Of a DNA stretch of 64,000 nt, positions 1-11,970 are shown piece after piece. The notes beneath the pieces are model-generated. The model was not told where the DNA came from. It saw only the letters and a program-made list of their open reading frames with translations, and made no database searches. Made by a program: the position numbers and the translations under genes. Numbering within the stretch: position 1 is the first letter of the stretch; the number at the start of each line of letters is the position of its first letter. Source of the DNA: Camelus dromedarius (Eukaryota). The stretch covers positions 18,354,001 through 18,418,000 of the forward strand of contig NC_087436.1 in assembly GCF_036321535.1 (NCBI RefSeq), written 5' to 3'.

Positions 1-941
1 AGTTCTATTACTCCACTGGCCCACAGCTTCCACAAAAGCTAATTTTTTTTTAATTTTGTTTTTTATTGACATGTAGTTGATTTAACTGCTAATTTTGAAA
101 TTAATCATTAATTGAGTTTGTTTGTTTCTCAAAATCATAAACACAATGGGTAAATTGTACTGCATATGAATTCTCTCAAGAAAGCTGGGTTTTTTCAATC
201 ACATGCAATATAGTCTATATTAAAATTAAAATGAATCTTGAGAGTCAGGAATCTCAGTGTACCTATATATGTTTTTTCCAAAACCCACAGTATGAAATGC
301 CCTTCACATTTGGATTCAGAATACATATATTCATATATAAGTAACTGCAGCAATCAAGAGTACATCTATAGAAGCACAAACGAAAACCATGTGTTTCTAA
401 AATAAGTATAACGAAACATCAGGGCAACTCACAAAACAGTTTCAAAAGCTCCATGCACTGGTTCTTAAATTGCATAAGCATTGTGAGCTGTATTAGAAAT
501 AATGTTATCAATCATTGTTGAAAGTTTCAAAGTCTGGACTGGTGCCCTTGCTTTAAAAACAAATTTGAGTAGAGGGGAGATTATCCCCAAAACACCAACA
601 CTCTCACTCACATTCCAATATAATTTCTTTCAAGGGGATTTCTTTCAAGGGTGGAGTCACCACTAGGGCAGCAGAAACTGACCTAACTGCAGAGTCCTGG
701 AGACCACGTAGCAAGAGGAAACTCTGCACTGCACGCTGCTATGCAAAGAAGGCAGAGAACCACTATTTAGAGGTGATTCTTCAACTTCATGGCTATCTGG
801 GTCCGCTGTTTACAAAGTGCGGTGTCTTGCCTCATGTTTATGCATTACAGACTCTAGCAACCATACATTAGCTCTTGAAAGAAAAAATTTTTACTTCATC
901 CATAATTCAACTAGCAGAACAACGTGCTATTATATACTTAC

Positions 942-1052
942 GGGTTCCACAAACTCAAACTTCTTCCTTTCTTGGATTTCCTGAAGCTTGCATACGTATT
1001 CAAGAGACAGTTCGTAAAAGTGTTGCCGGTTTTGTTCCACTTGGATATCTGC
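942..1052 (-). CDS. ARHGAP10: ARHGAP10 coding exon 6, 111 nt, phase 0-0
   Basis: Minus strand reads gttttaacacag|GCAGATATC...GTGGAACCC|gtaagt. It translates [37 protein letters not shown]. Confidence 0.98.
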
Positions 1053-1095
1053 CTGTGTTAAAACAATGGAGGCTGGTCAAATTAAAGATTTACCC

Positions 1096-1328
1096 CAGCT
1101 CTGCAAAGCTACAGTCTATGGGCCAGACGTGGCCCGCCGCCTGTAAGTGAGGTTGGATTGGACTCTAGTCATGACTACTGATGCGTGTGTCTTCCATGAC
1201 TTCTTTCCTGCTACAGTAGCTGATTAGTTCAAGAGACTGAGTAGTTGAGACAGGAACCTTGTGGTCTTCCTAAGTCTAATACAATGTTTACTATCTGACT
1301 CTCTGCAGAAAAACGTTGCCAATCCCTG
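1096..1328 (+). mobile_element. MER58A-like hAT-Charlie DNA transposon
   Basis: Ends are cagctctgcaaagctac... and ...gttgccaatccctg. Internal ggcccgccgcctgt and tttactatctgactct resemble the MER58A consensus. Confidence 0.8.
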
Positions 1329-1889
1329 TTCTCTGTGACGAGGTTGACCCCAAAGGACTGACAATCACACCGTTAAGCTCTTTGTGAAAAACCTACCCTA
1401 ACCACAAGTGACACCCACGGTGGCCGCATACACAGAACCCAAATTACACCTGCGTTATTTCCGTTAACAAATCCCCTAAGAATGAAGTGGCCTAGGGAAG
1501 GGAGTTGAGCAAATCCCAGTCACCTCAGCACTCATGAGTGAAGGCAGCAGGTGAGGAAGAGGTGCCCGTGGCACCAGCTCAAGAACTTGGCTCTCACAGG
1601 CAGGCCTGGGCAGGAAGCCCACCTGCAGGCAGTCATGCTCCTAAGCCCTCACAAGGTCCCATCTACCGGGAGGGAAAAGGCATCACATGGTTTCAGGACA
1701 CTACTCCAAAAAATGGTTCCAGCTTATCTTGTCTAACGAGAAAGGACCTGGAAGAGGAGCACGGCTCCAGGGAGGAACAGCGGAGAAGCCACGTGTCCTC
1801 AAGACAGTTCCTACAAGGCATCGTGTATTTCCTAACGTGACTAATTTTACTTTTACAAGTATTTATCTGGACACTTATCTAAAGGGGCC

Positions 1890-2812
1890 ATATCTAAGCA
1901 CATGGAAAGATGCTCAACATCACTCATCATTAGGGAAATACAAACCAAAACCACAAGGTACCAACCCACATTTATGGAAGGAAGGAAGGAAGGACAGAAG
2001 GAATGAAGGACGGAAGGAAGGAGAAGAAAGAAAAGAGAAAGAAAAGGAAACACAAACTTATCAAAAAAGAAAGAAAGAAAAGAACCTATCCAAAAAAAGA
2101 AAAAACAAATTGGTGAGGATGTGGAGAAACTGAAACTTTGTGCACTGCGGGTTAGAATGTAAAATGATGCAGCTGCTGTGGAAAACAGTACGGCAATTCT
2201 CCAAAAAGAGATTAACAATAGAACTACCAAACACTCCAGTAATTCCACTTCTGCGTGTATACTCCCAAGAACGAAAGCAGGGACTCAAACAGATACTGGC
2301 ACACCCCCATTCAGAGCAGTGTTATTCACAAGAGCTAAATGGTAGAAGCAACCAAAGTGTCCACTGACACATGAACAAACAAAATGTGGTCAATACAGAT
2401 AATGGAATGTTTTTCAGCCTCAAAAAGGAAGGAAATTCTGACACCTGCTACAATGAGGATGAACTCTGAGCACACTATGCCAAGTGAAGTAAGCCAGTCA
2501 CAGTAGGACAAATACTGTACAATTCCACTGATACAAGGTGCCTGGAACAGTGAAATTCACAGAGACAGGAAGCTGATTGGTGGTCTGGAGGTGGGAAGAC
2601 AGGGGATGGGGAGCTACTGTTCAAAGCACATAGAGTTTCAGCACTGTGAGCTGAAAAGGGTTCTACAGATGAAATGTGGTGACTGGTTGCACAACAATGT
2701 GACTGTTCTTCATGACACTGAACTAACTGTATACTTGTCAATGGTTGAAATCATACATTTTCTGTTATATCTATTTTACCACAACAAAAATTTTTTAATT
2801 TTTGGAAAAAAA
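1890..2812 (+). mobile_element. Old L1 (L1MB-like) ORF2 end and 3' UTR, interrupted by a purine-rich (GGAA/GAAA)n repeat at about 1975-2105
   Basis: Typical L1 motifs: gatgctcaacatcactcatcattaggg, gaggatgtggagaaactgaaac, aaaaggaaggaaattctgacacctgctacaat, and an A-rich end. Confidence 0.9.
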
Positions 2813-2835
2813 AATGTATCTAACATGTAGTAAGT

Positions 2836-3068
2836 TTTCTCCACACAAAAACTACTGGAGCTAATGAAAGAACTTGGCAAGGTAGCAGGATACAAGATTA
2901 ACGTACAGAAATCAGTGGCACTTCTTTGCACTAACAATGAATCCACAAGGAAAGAGAGTAAAGAGACAATCCCTTTTAAAATCGTAGCCAAAAGAATAAA
3001 ATACTTAGGAATAAATATGACCAAGGAGGTGAAAGACTTATATATGGAGAACTACAAAACATTGATGC
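2836..3068 (+). mobile_element. L1 ORF2 internal fragment (C-terminal reverse transcriptase region)
   Basis: ORF 2864-3097 encodes KVAGYKINVQKS...IKYLGINMTKEVKDLYMENYKTL, a hallmark ORF2p sequence. Confidence 0.92.
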
Positions 3069-3149
3069 AATTTTTTTTGTCATCCAGTGATTTTTAAAGT
3101 AACGTTTAAATGCAATAAATAACAGTGTTTATTAACTAAGCCAAATGAG

Positions 3150-3185
3150 AAGCATGCACTCTACCACTGAGCTACACCTTCCCCC
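3150..3185 (-). mobile_element. 5' half of a tRNA-Ala-derived SINE (3'-truncated)
   Basis: Minus strand reads GGGGGAAGGTGTAGCTCAGTGGTAGAGTGCATGCTT, the same head as the full SINE copies in this window. Confidence 0.75.
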
Positions 3186-3407
3186 AGCCATTTTTTTTAG
3201 TGGATTCTCTCTCCTGGTTGTGCTACTGCAATTACCCCAGCATCGCTGGTCAGCCTCTATCAATAGCCTCCTAATGTTCTGAGCATTCAGAACTGCTGTG
3301 CATGATTAAATCACCAGAATCCTTCACAGTGTCAATAACCCATAATTTACAGACACCCAAATTATGCCTAGCAGCACAGACCTTTAGCCTGACTCAATCA
3401 CTATTCA

Positions 3408-4465
3408 TGTGGTATAATAGGAAATGTATCTGGTCTCTGTCCCAGGTTCCCGCAACAAACCTCCTAAAGCACTGGGAGTTTCCTGAGTGAGGGAAGTGTC
3501 TTTTGTCATCTGTAAGGAGCCTGTCTTGAGAACACTTGAATTTAAGCTAATGAGGTCACTTAGGGTGAGGCCCCAAGATAGCACCCGGAAGACCAACTGA
3601 TCAGAGGGTTGGAACTTTCGGCCCCACCCCTCAACCTCTGGGAATGGGGAAGCACTACAGATTAAGCTCTATAAAAACTCCTGAGCAGCAGTTCATGAGC
3701 GTCCGTGAAAAATTAATACACAGAAACCTCAATTAAACAGAGCCGGGAGACCAGAAGGGGGAGCTCTCGCAGCCTGCGACCGGAGCAGAGACCAACAGGA
3801 AGGAGGGGGACTGCTCTTCTCCCCTAGCAAGGACGCAGCCAGTGAAAAGCCACGGCCTCTTTGCCTACTACAACTTCCTTTTCCTCTCTATAAAAGGGTG
3901 CTGCTTCCCTTGCCCTGGGGGAACTTGCACATGGCTTGCCATGCTTGCAGACCACAAACTGATCCCAAGTAAACCCATCTTTACTAGAGAAATATCAGGC
4001 CATCTATTTATTTCAGGTCACCAGAAAACCCGTCCACTTACCCAGAGAGTGAAGAACCTCAGTTCCAGGAGGTCAGAAGTTTCTGCACTTGGGACCCTTC
4101 CAGACCCCACCCTGTGTACTTCATCTGGCTGTTCATCTGTATCCTCTGTCTTATCCTTTATAGTAAGCTAGAAAACTTACGTAAATATTTCTGAGTTCCA
4201 TGAGCCACTCTAGCAAATTACTCAAACCCAAGGAAGGAGTCACAGGAACCTCTTATTTATATAGTTTTATACACACACACACACACACACACACACTTAT
4301 AGTGATACAGTCAGTCAGAAGCACAGGTAACAAGGACTTGCAACTGGTGTCAGAAATGGGGCAATCTTGTAGGACTGAGCCATAAACCTGTAAGATTTGA
4401 AGCCATCTCCAGGCAGACAGTGTCAGAATTGAGTTAACTGCTTGGTGGTGCTGGAAAACACACAC
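3408..4465 (+). mobile_element. MER21-like LTR, interrupted by a second LTR and a (CA)n microsatellite
   Basis: Starts tgtggtataataggaaatgtatctggtctctgtccc. Contains gggacccttccagacc and ctagcaaattactcaaaccc, and ends ...ggaaaacacacac. Confidence 0.8.
3706..4023 (+). mobile_element. ERV1-type solo LTR nested in the MER21-like LTR
   Basis: TG start (tgaaaaattaat), a TATAAAA box, an agtaaa polyA-like signal and a ...tttcaggtcacca end. MER21 homology resumes after it. Confidence 0.65.
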
Positions 4466-5249
4466 TTAGTCTGCTACAACAAGCAAAAGTCATTTTTAAC
4501 AAACATACAATTTCAATTTGATGATCATCTCATTCCTGACCGTTCCTCCTGTAAATACACATAATGAGAGTAGATCACTCAAAGATATCCAAAGGGCCTA
4601 TTTTTCTAGTCATATTTACTGCAATAAAATTATTTGACTACTCAGGAAACAAAAATACACATCAAAATTCAGCAGTAATGGAATTTTCTCAAATATCTAA
4701 TTCTTGTTCTAGCACAAATATTAATCAGAATTTAGGGATGTGATGCAGGCAGTAGTTACTGTGCTCAAGAAACATAGAGCTCTAGGTAAAGATCATAACA
4801 GAATTACCAAAACTGCCAGCCTGGTGTTTGCCACAATTTTCTCCTGTCATTTTCCTTGGAAACAAGAGGAAAGAAGAGATAACAAGTTTCCATGCCCAGG
4901 CTGAGGACGACTTCCAGCAACCTTTATTAATCCCTTGAGCACTTCAACTCAATTCACTAAAGATCAGCAATGCACTAGCCACTGCCAAAAGCAGCCAAAA
5001 TCCACATCGAACCTGTTTCCCTTTGAAGAGCATCCCCCTTCTTAAGGCCTGCATGCTTGCAATAGACATGTCAGGTGGGAGCTGGCGTTTGTAGAGAGCA
5101 AACTGAGCAAGACAGGAAAGGATATGTAATCTCAGTAAACGTGAAATGATTCAATTTGAGAGTCTCCTCAAATTGCCAATACAGAGCTTAATTATCTTTG
5201 GGAATGATGAAACAGCCGAAGCCCAAGCTCACCGTGCAAGCCTCTCACA

Positions 5250-6060
5250 CCTGTTCATTCAATAAATATTTATTAAGTGCCTACTCACTGACAAGTCCGA
5301 TTCTAAGCACCGGGGACAGAGTACCAAACAGAACAATGATTTTACCTGCAAGGAGCTTACATCCTGTTGGAAGAAGCCACATTAACAACCGAACAGGCAG
5401 TAAGGCAAATGGCTGTGGTAAGAGTAAGGGGGAAAAAAGCAGAGTAAGGGGAACAAACACTCTAAGTAAGACAGTCGGAAGACTTCTCTAGTAAGGGGAA
5501 GTCTGAGTGGAGAGTGTTTGGAAGACTATTTGGAGGAGCGAGGCAGGGAGATCCAGGCAGAAGGATGAACAAAAGCAAAGACTCTCAACACAGAGTCCAG
5601 CCCGAGCAAGGCAGCTGTGTGGGTGTGAGGACGGTGGCGTGGCCCCGAGTGTTCAAAGACAAGCCACACGATGGCTCACTGCCTGCCCCACGGAAAACAG
5701 ACTGTAGAAATGCCTTGGGGAGAGCAGGGAGGTCCCTGCAGAGATCTGTGTGAGATATGCCCACATTCTGGCCAGGGTGATGGAGTCGAGGTCAGGTGAA
5801 GTGGCCATGCTCTGAGACTATTCTGAAGCTGAGGAAGACATACACTGATGGTCCAGATGTGGGTGAGAGAGAGAGTGCCAGGGACAACGCCACAGACTTT
5901 GCCTACACAGTACCGCGAATGATACCCAATTAGATACAGCGGCGTGGAGATGGAAATTTACTCGGGGCATCAGAGTCCCTGCAGGATACCTGAAAAGAGA
6001 GATTAAGGGAAGAACAGAGGTAGGAAATTGCTGACATCAAGACAGCCTACAAGAGCAACA
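5250..6060 (-). mobile_element. Degenerate L2 LINE fragments
   Basis: cattcaataaatatttattaagtgcctac is the reverse complement of the L2 3' end, followed by purine-rich L2-type sequence. Confidence 0.7.
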
Positions 6061-7156
6061 GCTGTCATTTCACAGGTGACAGAGGGAGGAGGATGAGGGA
6101 GCACAAATAACAATGAAGTGGTTTTCTACCCAACATGGGACATGGAGAGAAAGGAGCCCCACCTTCCTCCAGTATTGTGCTGAGGATTAAATGGTACAAA
6201 AGTGCCTTTCTCTTATATAGACCATCAAACACCATCGAAATGTCAGTCAAAAGTATTAGAGACAAAAGAAAATGTGACAGGTGGGTAACGTCAAAATGAC
6301 CACACCACACACATACACACAGACTTTGCAACTAAATATGTGACATTTAAATGTAACCCAGGCTTATACTGAAATGTTGCCATTTTGATCATGCTTCAGT
6401 AAGTGTGTATTACAGCAGTACGTTATGCCCAGATTCCATGTGTTTAAAAATAAATGAGAAAAAAAAATCGCACTTTTGTGGGATGAGTCAAGATCCTTCA
6501 AGCAGCAAACAGCATTATTTTTAAGAAAAGCATATGTTCCAAATTGTAAACAACTGAGTTTCCATGGAAGTGTATGAACGAGGAACAACAAGGGGCAGGG
6601 AATTTGAGAAGAGAAACAGAAAGAGAAAACGAGAGAGAAAATATAAATTCCTTTCTCCTCACAGACGGCTCCCTCCCCCAAAAATGAGTCTGTTGACACA
6701 AGTAAAACAGATGCTCTTTCTGACAAAGCTGAAACCGCTTGAATCTTCAGCGTTCAATACGATTAATGCTGCCTTCACGTCGAAGCCAAATGGTGTGTGA
6801 GCTTATTCAATTCAGTTCTTAAAGAAGTCTCGAAAGCCAGTTAACTGATCTATTCCTGAAAATAATATATCTGTTCTCACTAATGCTGGTGAAAATGACT
6901 GTTCCTGTGAATATATACTCAGAACCAAAGCTTTTAATACTGTGAATCCGTGCTGCATTAATCACTACGAGATGTCTTATTTTATGTTCTGTTCCGAAAG
7001 AGCTTTTTTTCTTAATTCATGGTGATATTGGTTCATTTTTTCCATCTCTAATAATCCTAGATGAAACGTTTTGAAAAGCAAAGCACATTTTTTTTTTTAG
7101 AAAAGACATGCAGTGACTATTAAATTTTAGAAACAAGAGAAAAATAAACACAATAC

Positions 7157-7258
7157 CTCTTGTAAATGTGAGTCTTTCTTTTTCGCTGATAAATTCAAAT
7201 GTTTATCAATCAGGCTATAGTTCTTTTCTGTCTCTTTGTCAAACTTCTTTTTTTCTTC
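7157..7258 (-). CDS. ARHGAP10: ARHGAP10 coding exon 5, 102 nt, phase 0-0
   Basis: Minus strand reads ttttctgatttgtag|GAAGAAAAA...TTACAAGAG|gtattg. It translates [34 protein letters not shown]. Confidence 0.98.
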
Positions 7259-8663
7259 CTACAAATCAGAAAAAAAAATGCAGACAACTATGAATAAACA
7301 GAGGGAAAAGGCATACACATTGTTAATCCATATTCTGGGAACCTCAAAATATGAAAAATACCTGAAAACAAAAAAAGTACCACGAAGTGTGAAGAAATTA
7401 TCTGGAGAAATCTATCTGCACCCAGGCCACTGCTTATTCATCATCAATACAGCATCAGGATGGAATAGCCACTTATCTTTTTTCCTTTAATGGACTTTTT
7501 TTCAAGCCTGTTATTTTTCAACTCTTCTATACTTATCAGTGTTTGGAATTAATGCCATTCACTTGTCCCTCACTTAAAAATTTTTTCTAACATGAATACA
7601 TAAGAACCAGCAGCTTAAAAAAGGCAAACTTGCTACAGATTTTGGCATAGAAATGGAATTAATTTAAAGCTGAGTAAGTTTTGATCTACATTAAAAATAA
7701 TCATCATCACCATAGCAGGGGTAGGGGAAGGGGACCACCTTGGAGAAGACCTTTCCCAATTGTTCAGTATGAATATAACAATTAAATCCTCTGACCATGT
7801 CATCTACTTACCTAAAACTTAGCGGTGATTTCTGTAACACGACCTAGAATACGTATCAATAGGTCAATGGGACCTAAAATAAAACTGACCTACTTGAACT
7901 GAGATCCTCTGGTGAACATTACAAACATTTCTCAGGCACCACCTAGAAACAGCATTTGCTTTCCTTTTGCTATAGTAGCTTTTTGAGAAAACAAGTAACC
8001 AAAATTTTAACTGCAGAGAAGACAATCTCCCCAACACTGCTTGCCAATTTAATAGCGCCAATGAGCACACAGCGATGTCCTCATGCTGTCAAATGGTTTC
8101 CATTAACTCCAGCTCTCCCCAAGGCTCCAAGGCCTCCCAGAAAGGAACATTCTCTTACTTCCCAACTGCTATTGTCTCAGTCAAAAATAATGGGCTCTTC
8201 CAGCCTCTTCTGGTGTGACCTTTTTCCTATTAAGCAAAGAGAGTAAATAAAGCAGCTAAATTCTATTTCTTAGCATGTATCATTCTTTTTTCACTACATG
8301 GGACCGCAAACCGTTGTGAGAAGCTGGAACAGAAGCTCTGTCAGCTCACCTAAAGGACTTAAATTAACCCCGATATTGATGGTAGAGACAGAGACTCAGG
8401 AACGGGTGTTTCTACTCCAAGTTTAATTACCAATGAGCCACACAACTTTGGGGAGGGTGGGAACCTGACAACACAGAACCTTAGTTTTCTTATTGAAAAG
8501 AGCAAGAATTTGTTTTTGCATGAGCTCATTCTTAGATACAGTCCTAAGGTGGTCCTATGGTTCACCTGTATATGGGAATGGGCAAACTTTTGATGAAACA
8601 GAAGCACTTTTTTTTTCATGCCCTCGGTTTAACTTAACAACTATTTCTTTAAAACCTTAAGGT

Positions 8664-8763
8664 GGGGGGAGGGTATAGCTCAGTGGTAGAGCACATGCTT
8701 AGCATGCATGAGGTCCTGGGTTCAATCCCCAGTACCTCCATTTAAAAAAAAAAAAGAAAGAAA
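8664..8763 (+). mobile_element. Camelid tRNA-Ala-derived SINE (vic-1-like), short form
   Basis: ggggagggtatagctcagtggtagagc...ttagcatgc...gggttcaatccccagtacctcca plus poly(A). Pol III A and B boxes are present. Confidence 0.9.
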
Positions 8764-9770
8764 GCTTATGGCATTAATATGGCATGGTAACTCTCTTTCC
8801 TGCTTTCCATTATGACACTCTTCCTCAACGATTTTAATGACTAACAGAAAGTAAACTAAAAAGAACATATGACCATTACTTCTCATCTCCACTATTTTTA
8901 AAAGTTCCTACTGTAGAGTATATGCTGGATTAGGTGTCAGAAGACTCAAGTTCTAGTGGCCACGTATGATTCTGTGAGTCTGCGTTCTCATGTCACAGCC
9001 TTCTCTGAGTATCATCATCGCAGGTTCAAACAAGACAGGACTGGAGGTCAAGCCCCTGTGCTGAGCACACGACTGCAGCAAAGCAACATCACGTGGTTTA
9101 AAACATCGACCATCCCTGCAGATCAGTACTCAGCAGGCATGCTGAAAACATTTTTACTCCTTTGATTTCATCTGAATCACAGAATGGGACAAAGGAAGCA
9201 GTGCTGCTAAAATCAGCAGTAAAAACTAAACACCCAGCACACTCAGCAATAGTCGGGTATGGAAATGAGCACGTGGGTTAAGTTGGGAATGAAAGAGAAC
9301 GGCGGTATCAAGGCTTTGTGGACAAAGAATTTAGCCAAGAAACAACATCACACCCACCAATTAGAGTGGAAATACATTCGTTCATTCTTGGTATGGTGTT
9401 ACACAAACACTGCTGTGTTTTATTTTGAATCTTAAGACTTAGATACTTATTTCTCCCTGCATTTGTTCCCAATGTCATTATAGAATACTATTGTGTTTCT
9501 TTGTACTCTTTGTACTCCTGTGACTTTTGGTGCTTAAATAGCATGAATTTTAAAAGGGACTGTGTTCAAGTAGCAATCAAAGAATAGAGCCTTGTGTCTT
9601 CAACACAGCAATATAGGATATACATGCATATATATGTACGGAATTATATTCATGTGTGTATATATATAAAATAAATTGAGCAATATAAGATGAAAGGCTC
9701 TATCAAGGGTTAACGTAAATACAATGAATTTTTTTTTAATAAAACAGCATTCCTCTAAAAACAAAAAAGT

Positions 9771-9912
9771 TGAAACAAATGAATTTATTTACAAAACAGA
9801 AACAGACTCACAGACATGGAAAACAAACTTATGTTTACTGGGAAAGAAAGTGGGGAGTGGAGGTATAAATTGGGAGTTTGGGATTTGTAGATACAAAAAA
9901 AAAAAAAAAAAA
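9771..9912 (+). mobile_element. Short L1 3'-UTR fragment ending early in an 18-nt A run
   Basis: Homologous to the L1 3' UTR copies at 25823 and 43735 (acaaaacagaaacagactcacagac...gggagtttgggatttgtagatac). Confidence 0.85.
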
Positions 9913-10129
9913 GTGAGTCTGTGTCCATGTGTCCAGCTGGAAGGAAATAAGGAGAGGTGGGCGCAAAGGTAAACCAGCTGGCCCTTGTCTGTTCTAGAAC
10001 AGCGGGCTGTGACAGAGCTCCAGCAGATTTGTGCCATGTGGAAACCTAAGCTCAGTATACAGGCCACGTCCTCTGATTTTTCTGGAACAGCTGGAAAACC
10101 CAATGATTTTTAAATGGTGGCAACAACAA

Positions 10130-10164
<35 letters not shown>

Positions 10165-11855
10165 TTTTAACATAAGTAAGCCAAACAAATGTTGAAAAGT
10201 TAAATATCATTCATGGGAAGTTGGCTTGTAATCTGTTATAAAATCACACATGGCAAAAAAAAAAAAAAATAGGAAAGAAAAGCTATTACTTAAAACAGCA
10301 TCATCAGTTAAGATGCATTCTGTGTAACAGCCGTAGTGGGAATTCATAAACCTAAGAAGCAAAACAATCAGTTTTTCTGAATATATTAGAAGCAAAGACA
10401 TATACATATAAAGGTGTCATCACAAATCACTGGACAAAGAAATATTCAACCAATGCTGTGGGTATAATTGGTTAATGGGTTGGAAATAAGAGAACCACAT
10501 CTCATCTCAAAATTAATTCCAGATGGATTGAAAGAGTCACAAGTGAAAAATGAAGCCATAAAAAAAGAATATTTTCATCAGATCTCAGAATGGAGAAGGA
10601 ACTTCTGACCAAAAAAGAAATGGAAGAAGTCTTAAGAACTCCAGATACCAAGACATACACAATAAATAAGCAAAAAGGCAAAGAACAAAGCAGGGAGAAG
10701 ATGCAATTAATATGTAAGAAAAGAAGTAAATGGTCCTAACACAAAACACCCTTTATTAAGCACTTTTTCTGCTTTATTAAAAAGCACATTATACCTCCAT
10801 GGAAAAATGAATACAAAACATACAAAGAAATCACAGAAGTTTGAACATTTGTGAACTGTCCACATTTCTATAGGACATCAGGATTTTTTGTTTTGTTTTA
10901 GAAGAAGGGGGTAAAAAACTTTTTAAGTTAACAGGTAACTCTCCTTTTTAACTAGTTTTGATATTTTAGAAATTTTCCAGGATGAGGAAATGAAAAAACT
11001 TACTTTCAAACTATGAACATTAAATAATAAGGCATGACTAGTTTAGACAAGAGCATAAAGACTTCCTTAGAGAGTCCAACTCTTTTTCTCTTTTTATTTA
11101 AATAAAAAGGTGGGGGTGGTAATACCATAGCTACAAGAAACAAGATTCGTAATACATGTAATCCGCTCAGCAGGAGCATTTTTTTAAAACGGAATCCTGT
11201 GTATCACAGCCAACCAGAGTTTTGCAACCCATGTTCTTCCCTCTGCCTGGTCTACCGACATCCTACAGCCCAGGTGAAATGCCACCTCTTCCATGAAGCA
11301 CCCTCCAACCCCTCCAGTGGGGGAAACAGCACCCTCCCTTAACTCCTGCCCCGAGTGTCACCTTCCCTACTTGACACTTCATTGGCCCTATCCAACCCCA
11401 CACCCGCTTTTGCCTTTCAGCTCCTTCAGCCTCTCCGAAGAGAGGAAAATTCAGTCTTTGTCCTCATACCCAGGAGAGGCCCTGGAGACATCCGTCAAAG
11501 AACGAGGGAAGAGGCTGCAGCAGCCCTGACACAGACAAAGCACCTGGGTATTGGCTCCCGGGCAGCTGCTCCAGAGCCACCGACCCATCACCTTGGCACC
11601 ATCTGCCCAGGAGGGTCGCAGCCACCATGCCCCGGCACGTTAGCTCTGAACCCATCATGCCAGGAGTGGACGAAAACCCGAGCAATTCTTGTGGGGCAAG
11701 CTGACACGGATCAAGTCGCAAAGGGGATCAGAAAATAACCGCAACCGTGTCTATGCCAGGCCCCGCCCGAGACCCCAGGAAAGCAGGATCACATTCACTG
11801 AACCCTCACCATCACCTTCGGGGACAGGTGTCAGGAGTCTCATTTTAAAGATCAG

Positions 11856-11970
11856 GAAGGGGGAGGGTAGAGCTCAGTGGTAAAGCACATGTTTAGTGTG
11901 CAGGAGTTCCTGGGTTCCATCCCCAATACTTCCATTAAAAAATAATAAAATTTTTAAAAATTAAAAAAAA
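11856..11970 (+). mobile_element. vic-1-like SINE inserted into a MIR
   Basis: SINE body plus A tail, with TSD taaagatcag at 11846-11855 and 11971-11980. The MIR core ctcatttt...aaactgaggc is split by the insertion. Confidence 0.9.

Noticed and set aside
875..1150. Plus-strand 91-aa ORF
   Set aside because: It is the antisense shadow of ARHGAP10 exon 6 and runs into a MER58A.
8664..8740. tRNA-Ala(AGC)-like sequences here and at six other sites
   Set aside because: They have modified heads, A-rich tails and TSDs, so they are SINE copies rather than tRNA genes.
9989..10002. Perfect 14-bp palindrome CTGTTCTAGAACAG (heat-shock-element-like core)
   Set aside because: Palindromes of this length are expected by chance in 64 kb. 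It has only two nGAAn units and probably lies in an old DNA transposon remnant.
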